Origin: Utricularia gibba
Lineage: Eukaryota; Plantae; Magnoliophyta
Direction of reading: 5' to 3'
DNA: 64,000 bases
NCBI GenBank assembly: GCA_002189035.1
Contig: NEEC01000004.1
Location: 620,001-684,000, forward strand
Under the pieces are notes generated by a model. It ran no database searches and was not told the DNA's origin. It saw only the letters and a program-made list of their open reading frames with translations. Both the position numbers and the translations under genes were made by a program. How positions within the stretch are numbered: position 1 is the first letter of the stretch; the number at the start of each line of letters is the position of its first letter. Below, piece after piece: positions 59,358 to 64,000 of the stretch.

Positions 59358-59961
59358 ATGAAGATCCTCTGGATCCTACTCTTCGCCGCCCTCGTCGGCA
59401 TGGCCACCGGAACGGGGAGCCCTTTCCTTCAGAGACGGAATCGTTTGCTTGCAAAACTGTATGAAGAAAAGCAGCAAGGTGGAGAAGGTCAGTGACTCTC
59501 TTCTCTGGGGAATCTCCCCTTGTTCTTCTTCTGTGTTGTGATGGGTTTTAAGCGGAATCATTCGGTGTGATTCAGGGGGCTTGGAAGTCAAGACGTGGGT
59601 GGTCAGAAACCCTAAAAGCCTGGATATCTGCATCCTGCAGAATGAGACACTGTGCGGCAACCTGTGCGTCAACACCACCTCCGACGTGAACAACTGCGGC
59701 GCCTGCGGCAACCCTTGCGGATTCCAGCAGATGTGCTGCGAGGGGAAATGCACAAACGTGCTCAACGACGCCGATCGGTGCGGCTCTTGCCAGAGAACCA
59801 CCTGCCGGACGTGCACCTTGGGCATGTGCGACTACAACAGCAACAACAACAACAATAGCAATAACAACACCGGGAACAGCAACAGTACCAAACACCACCA
59901 CCACCATCATCATCATCATCAACGACAGCGGCTCTACAAGATCGATATCCTGAAGATATGA
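59358..59961 (+). CDS. STIG1-family secreted cysteine-rich protein with one intron and an Asn/His-rich C-terminal tail
   Basis: Exon 59358-59487 (signal peptide MKILWILLFAALVGMATG), a GT-AG intron at 59488-59575 that keeps the frame, then CVNTTSDVNNCGACGNPC..CCEGKC...DADRCGSC...GMCDY. TATAAA at 59308. Confidence 0.85.
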
Positions 59962-62454
59962 TGGAGGCGAAAAATATTTTCATTTTTTATTTTTCACGAG
60001 GTGGATTTTTTTCCTACTCTCGAAGAGGGTAACTTTTGGGATTGGTTGGTTAGGGGTTAGAGGTTTTTGCTCAATAATTTGGGTTTCATTTGTTGATTTT
60101 AGAATGTAAGAAGTCAAATCCTTGCAGGGTAGGGCGACACTTTTCACACGCATGCGACCTTTTTACCTCTGTGTCCGTGTGAATTCAAGTTCTTGTGATA
60201 TGCAAAAACAACTTATTGGTCTGTTATTCATATTCCCTCCTAGTCAAATTAGCTCACAATTAGTTAGTATAGGAACACAAAACAAGTGAAAACAGAAATA
60301 CTTCTAACATACTCTTCATTCGGTAAGAACGGTTGACGTCTAGTTTGCACCTCTAGGTAGTTGTTCGTGTGCCCTCCACCTTCCACGAATCCATCGAAGC
60401 TTGAGGTGTTCATGATTAATTACTATAGCAAATAATGAACACAAGAGAAGAGATGGTAACTGGAAAAATGCTACCACGGAGGTGTTCATTAATGCAACTT
60501 CGGAAATATATAGAATTAAATTACAATTAATAATATTATAAGTTATTGAAATAAAAATCACTTTTCAGTTTTTTAGACTCTAAAAATACATTAATTTTCA
60601 TTTTATCAGAATATTATTTTGATACAAAATAGAAATTAGAAACTAATTGATAAGTGTTATTTTAACTCTCAAAATCATCACTTACTTTACCTAAGTGTAT
60701 GAATTATAATAATTATGATCTCAAGTGTTATTCACTCAATGATATTATAGCAAAGTATAATGATTGATAGTTACTACATATCAATATTTTAGAAGATTTA
60801 CAAGACATTTGTTAAATGAGAGTCAAATTAGTACTGAGACTCAGAACTAAAGTGTTTTTATTTCTTTTTTATTATTTATATTAATTCTCAAAATTCTTAT
60901 CACCTGTGCGCTTAGTGAATAAATACTAGTTACTATGCAAAGGAAAAAAAAAGAATGTTAGGTGCACAAAATGGACATCCTGAAGAGAAAATGGGCATCT
61001 TGCTTAAGGCGAAAGCAGCCATCATGTGTAGGGCCCATAGGGCCATGGGCCCAACAAGGATCCCTCAACGACTCCAAGGTTTATTTATTTAGCCAATGAT
61101 ATCATTACTATTTTCATTTTCAAATCAATAATAATAATAATAATAATTCAAAAATATGTAATTTTAATAATATATGTCTGAAAAAATAATTTTAAAAATG
61201 TGAATAAAAAACTCAAATATAACATAAGTCTTGGTATGAATTATAACCTAAGTTGCATGTATTAGGTGTGCCAACTCAAGTACACAATATGATACATGAT
61301 TTAATAAGCCATCTATTAGTCCAGCTTCCTCTGTCATTATATATATGTATAAGGTCCCAAGCCAATGCCCACAAATCAATTATACTATTTTTTAAAGTGC
61401 AAAATTTATTAAAAATTTGAAATAATAATTAACTAAATCACTTTTTTTTTTAAGAAAGTTCGATTCCAATGAATTCTTTATCAGTTCTTGAAACAACATC
61501 ACTTTATAAATTAAAAATCGAAACAATAATCTTAACAGATATATAAAATTTTAACTATCTGAGTTCATTTATTTATACATGCCAATTATTTTATCATTAA
61601 ATTAGAAGTTTATAAATTGTTTTATTATTTAAACGTATTAGTTAGATATTATTTTTTTTAATATTTCATTACTATCATATAATATATTACATATTTATGT
61701 ACCACGGTATCATAACATAACTTCTATCTCTATAACAAATGTGACACATTATATTCGAGCTTCATACTTATCATCTATTCACTTCAAAAAAAACCCGATA
61801 CACCGAAGATCATTAGCTACAAAATCAACACCACGAGCTCCCTAATCCACCACTTAGTCTTTGTAGCATCACTCCATAGGAAGACTCGTACGTATGTAGT
61901 ATTTTTCGGTATACGTCATAAATCAATAATTCAAGATCAAAATTTCTAATCCCCGCCCTTGATAGTCCGTACGTTCATTTACTGCTTCAGTACTTGCTCC
62001 TTGAACCATGCCGCCGACGCTAAGTAACCGATAAAAATAACTATCATTAATCTTAATGTTTGAAATAAGACCAGGATGGTTAATTTTCAAAAATGTAGTC
62101 GAGTTGATGCCCAGGAAACCCTAAGTTTGATTTTTGGGGATATTTTTAATTTTAATATAAAGTATATTCTTTTTTATATTGTAAATAAAAGTGTGTGTAA
62201 GTAACGAGGGATGAAATATTCTGCTGTCTGATCTTGACTATGATGTTGATAATGGTTGACTTTGTGCCCCCCCGTAATTAGTAACTTTAGGTCCTAGGAA
62301 TTAAGTATATAGTAAAGTGACTTGACTTTTGGCTATTTATGGCTCTAATTCTGCACATATATATCTATTTTTGGACCAGTTTCTTCAGCTAAACTGTGTT
62401 GCTCCACTTCCTTTTCAAAAAGCGAAAGTTGTGAACGGACGGTGCTGGGTGGTT

Positions 62455-63080
62455 ATGGGTTTCCCACGGCGGCTGCCGGTTGCTAGCGTGGTGCTTCTCC
62501 TGTTTCTGGCTGCGTCACTGGCATCCTCCGCCGCGATTCCGATGGCACGTAAGGCGCATATAGTCGTAAAACATCCATTCATTAATATTGTTTTTGTGTG
62601 ATGTACGAGGAGCATGGCGCTGTTTATGTTACGGTAATAAATATCTCAAATCTTTGCCCTACTCTGAATTCATGAGCCGTGAAGCAGGGCAGCTATTCAT
62701 TGCACCAGAGGGTCGTCTTTCCGCCGGGGTCTCCCCTCATGAGGTGAATATCGTTTTCCAACAGATAGTATGCATATTCAACTACTTATTGGGTTAACTG
62801 AATTTCAAGGCTTCATGTCAAATCCCTTATCGATCCGTAGGAAAGAAAATATAAAAAGAAAAAGCAAAGAAGAAGAAGCTCACTATGCTTCCTTAGGTCA
62901 ATCGTTCAGGCTCCATTTAGTTCTCTATGCATCATCTGCTTGTAGTATCTGCATCCCACTCATGTTGTGTTGTGACCTGAGAAGGGATCGGAGGTGGGCG
63001 GGAGTCGAAGAATGATGATCAAGCTTACCGATTACGATAGGACTTCGGCGAACAGGGATCATGTTCCATTCCCGGGATAG
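62455..63080 (+). CDS. PSY-family (tyrosine-sulfated peptide) precursor; 3 exons, about 82 aa
   Basis: Exons 62455-62548, 62688-62743 and 62982-63080 join in frame. Signal peptide MGFPRRLPVASVVLLLFLAASLASSA and C-terminal RRMMIKLT-DYDRTSANRDHVP matching the PSY DY-x4-AN-x2-H-x-P pattern. Confidence 0.75.
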
Positions 63081-63398
63081 TGCTGCTGGATGCTGGTAGC
63101 AGCACTGTGGGCTCTCAACTGAACCACCATTTCCCGCTTACCTGGTAGTACTAGTTCCTCTCCAGTCTCCAGCATGCTTGTATTTAATACATAAATAGAT
63201 AAAAGAGAAAGAGAAAAAGGAAAATAAAACCCTGCCGCCCGCCGATGGAATGGGGGTAATGTAATGTGCTTACAAATTACCAGAACAGGACAGCAGCGTT
63301 CTGTTTTCTACTCTAAATCTGCCTACTCAAAATCAAACATCCCCAGTGTCTCGAGTTGCAGATTTTTCCTAATTAATAGGATATATAATACCACATTA

Positions 63399-63530
63399 TC
63401 AAATATATAAAAAAATTAGAAATCACTAATCATTATTGAATTTAATCTTTTTTATTATGATCTATGATTTTTGTATATTTGTACTTCATGTGTGTATTTA
63501 TTTAATTCATTGGATTCAGAATTTCAACAT
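63399..63530 (+). repeat. AT-rich dispersed repeat, copy B (similar to 13509-13628)
   Basis: See copy A. A further related stretch (CACATACCATCCTGAATTTCAAC) lies near 63838-63860. Confidence 0.4.
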
Positions 63531-64000
63531 AGTATTAAAACATTTGTCTTGTGACTTGTATGACAATATGGATTTCGTACTGGTATGAGTTTCAATAAAA
63601 AAAAAGAAAAAATGAACAAGAATATACATTGAACTTAAGCAAAAAAATTAGATCGACTAATGACTTAAGTATTATCTATAATTACAAAAAAACAAGTTTT
63701 AACCGGATCAAAGTTAATTCGACTCTATGACAAGTGTTCAAATATACAATCTTACATCAAAAAATAAAATTTAAATAATAAAATATATAATAAATTATAA
63801 ATTAATATTAATCTATTTAACTTAATATTTTCTATATCACATACCATCCTGAATTTCAACACTGTTACCTCCGCCACCCAACCGAGCGGAGGATAACTGT
63901 CGGCATGCTACCTATCCAGCATCCCTTCCAGAAAGGTGAACTGAAGTACTAAACTATCACTGTTACCCAAGTGATGAAGATGAACCCTCGCCACCACGTC

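Noticed and set aside
61880-62000. Three GTAC cores upstream of the PSY gene (possible SPL/copper-response elements)
   Set aside because: The 4-mer density is too low to distinguish from chance without conservation data.

Overview
Gene-dense eukaryotic DNA from a flowering plant, probably a eudicot because STERILE APETALA is present. There are about 18 intron-containing or single-exon protein-coding genes in 64 kb: AUG8/QWRF, an uncharacterised coiled-coil gene, reticulon B21-like, SAP, SCPL24/BRS1-like, an ATL RING-H2, class II TPS (TPS11-like), COL5-like, ARL1, CBP60, a plasma-membrane H+-ATPase, two tandem ZEITLUPE genes, villin, a polyketide-cyclase/START-like gene, a GT47 exostosin, a STIG1-family peptide and a three-exon PSY sulfated-peptide precursor that the ORF track does not show. 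I recognised no rRNA, tRNA, miRNA, CRISPR array or intact transposon. Seven apparent frameshifts in five conserved genes are all single-base losses in G/C runs, which points to assembly errors rather than pseudogenes. The most interesting signals are: the ZTL tandem pair (mosaic divergence and a Gly/Ala difference at a LOV photocycle-tuning site), the hidden PSY gene, a STIG1 with an intron and an Asn/His tail, a relic duplicated exon upstream of the cyclase gene, a tiny uORF in the H+-ATPase leader and an unannotated spliced-looking unit at 13.8-14.4 kb. I found no clear evidence for a wholly new biological system. Exon boundaries were read by eye and family assignments come from recalled motifs, not database searches.
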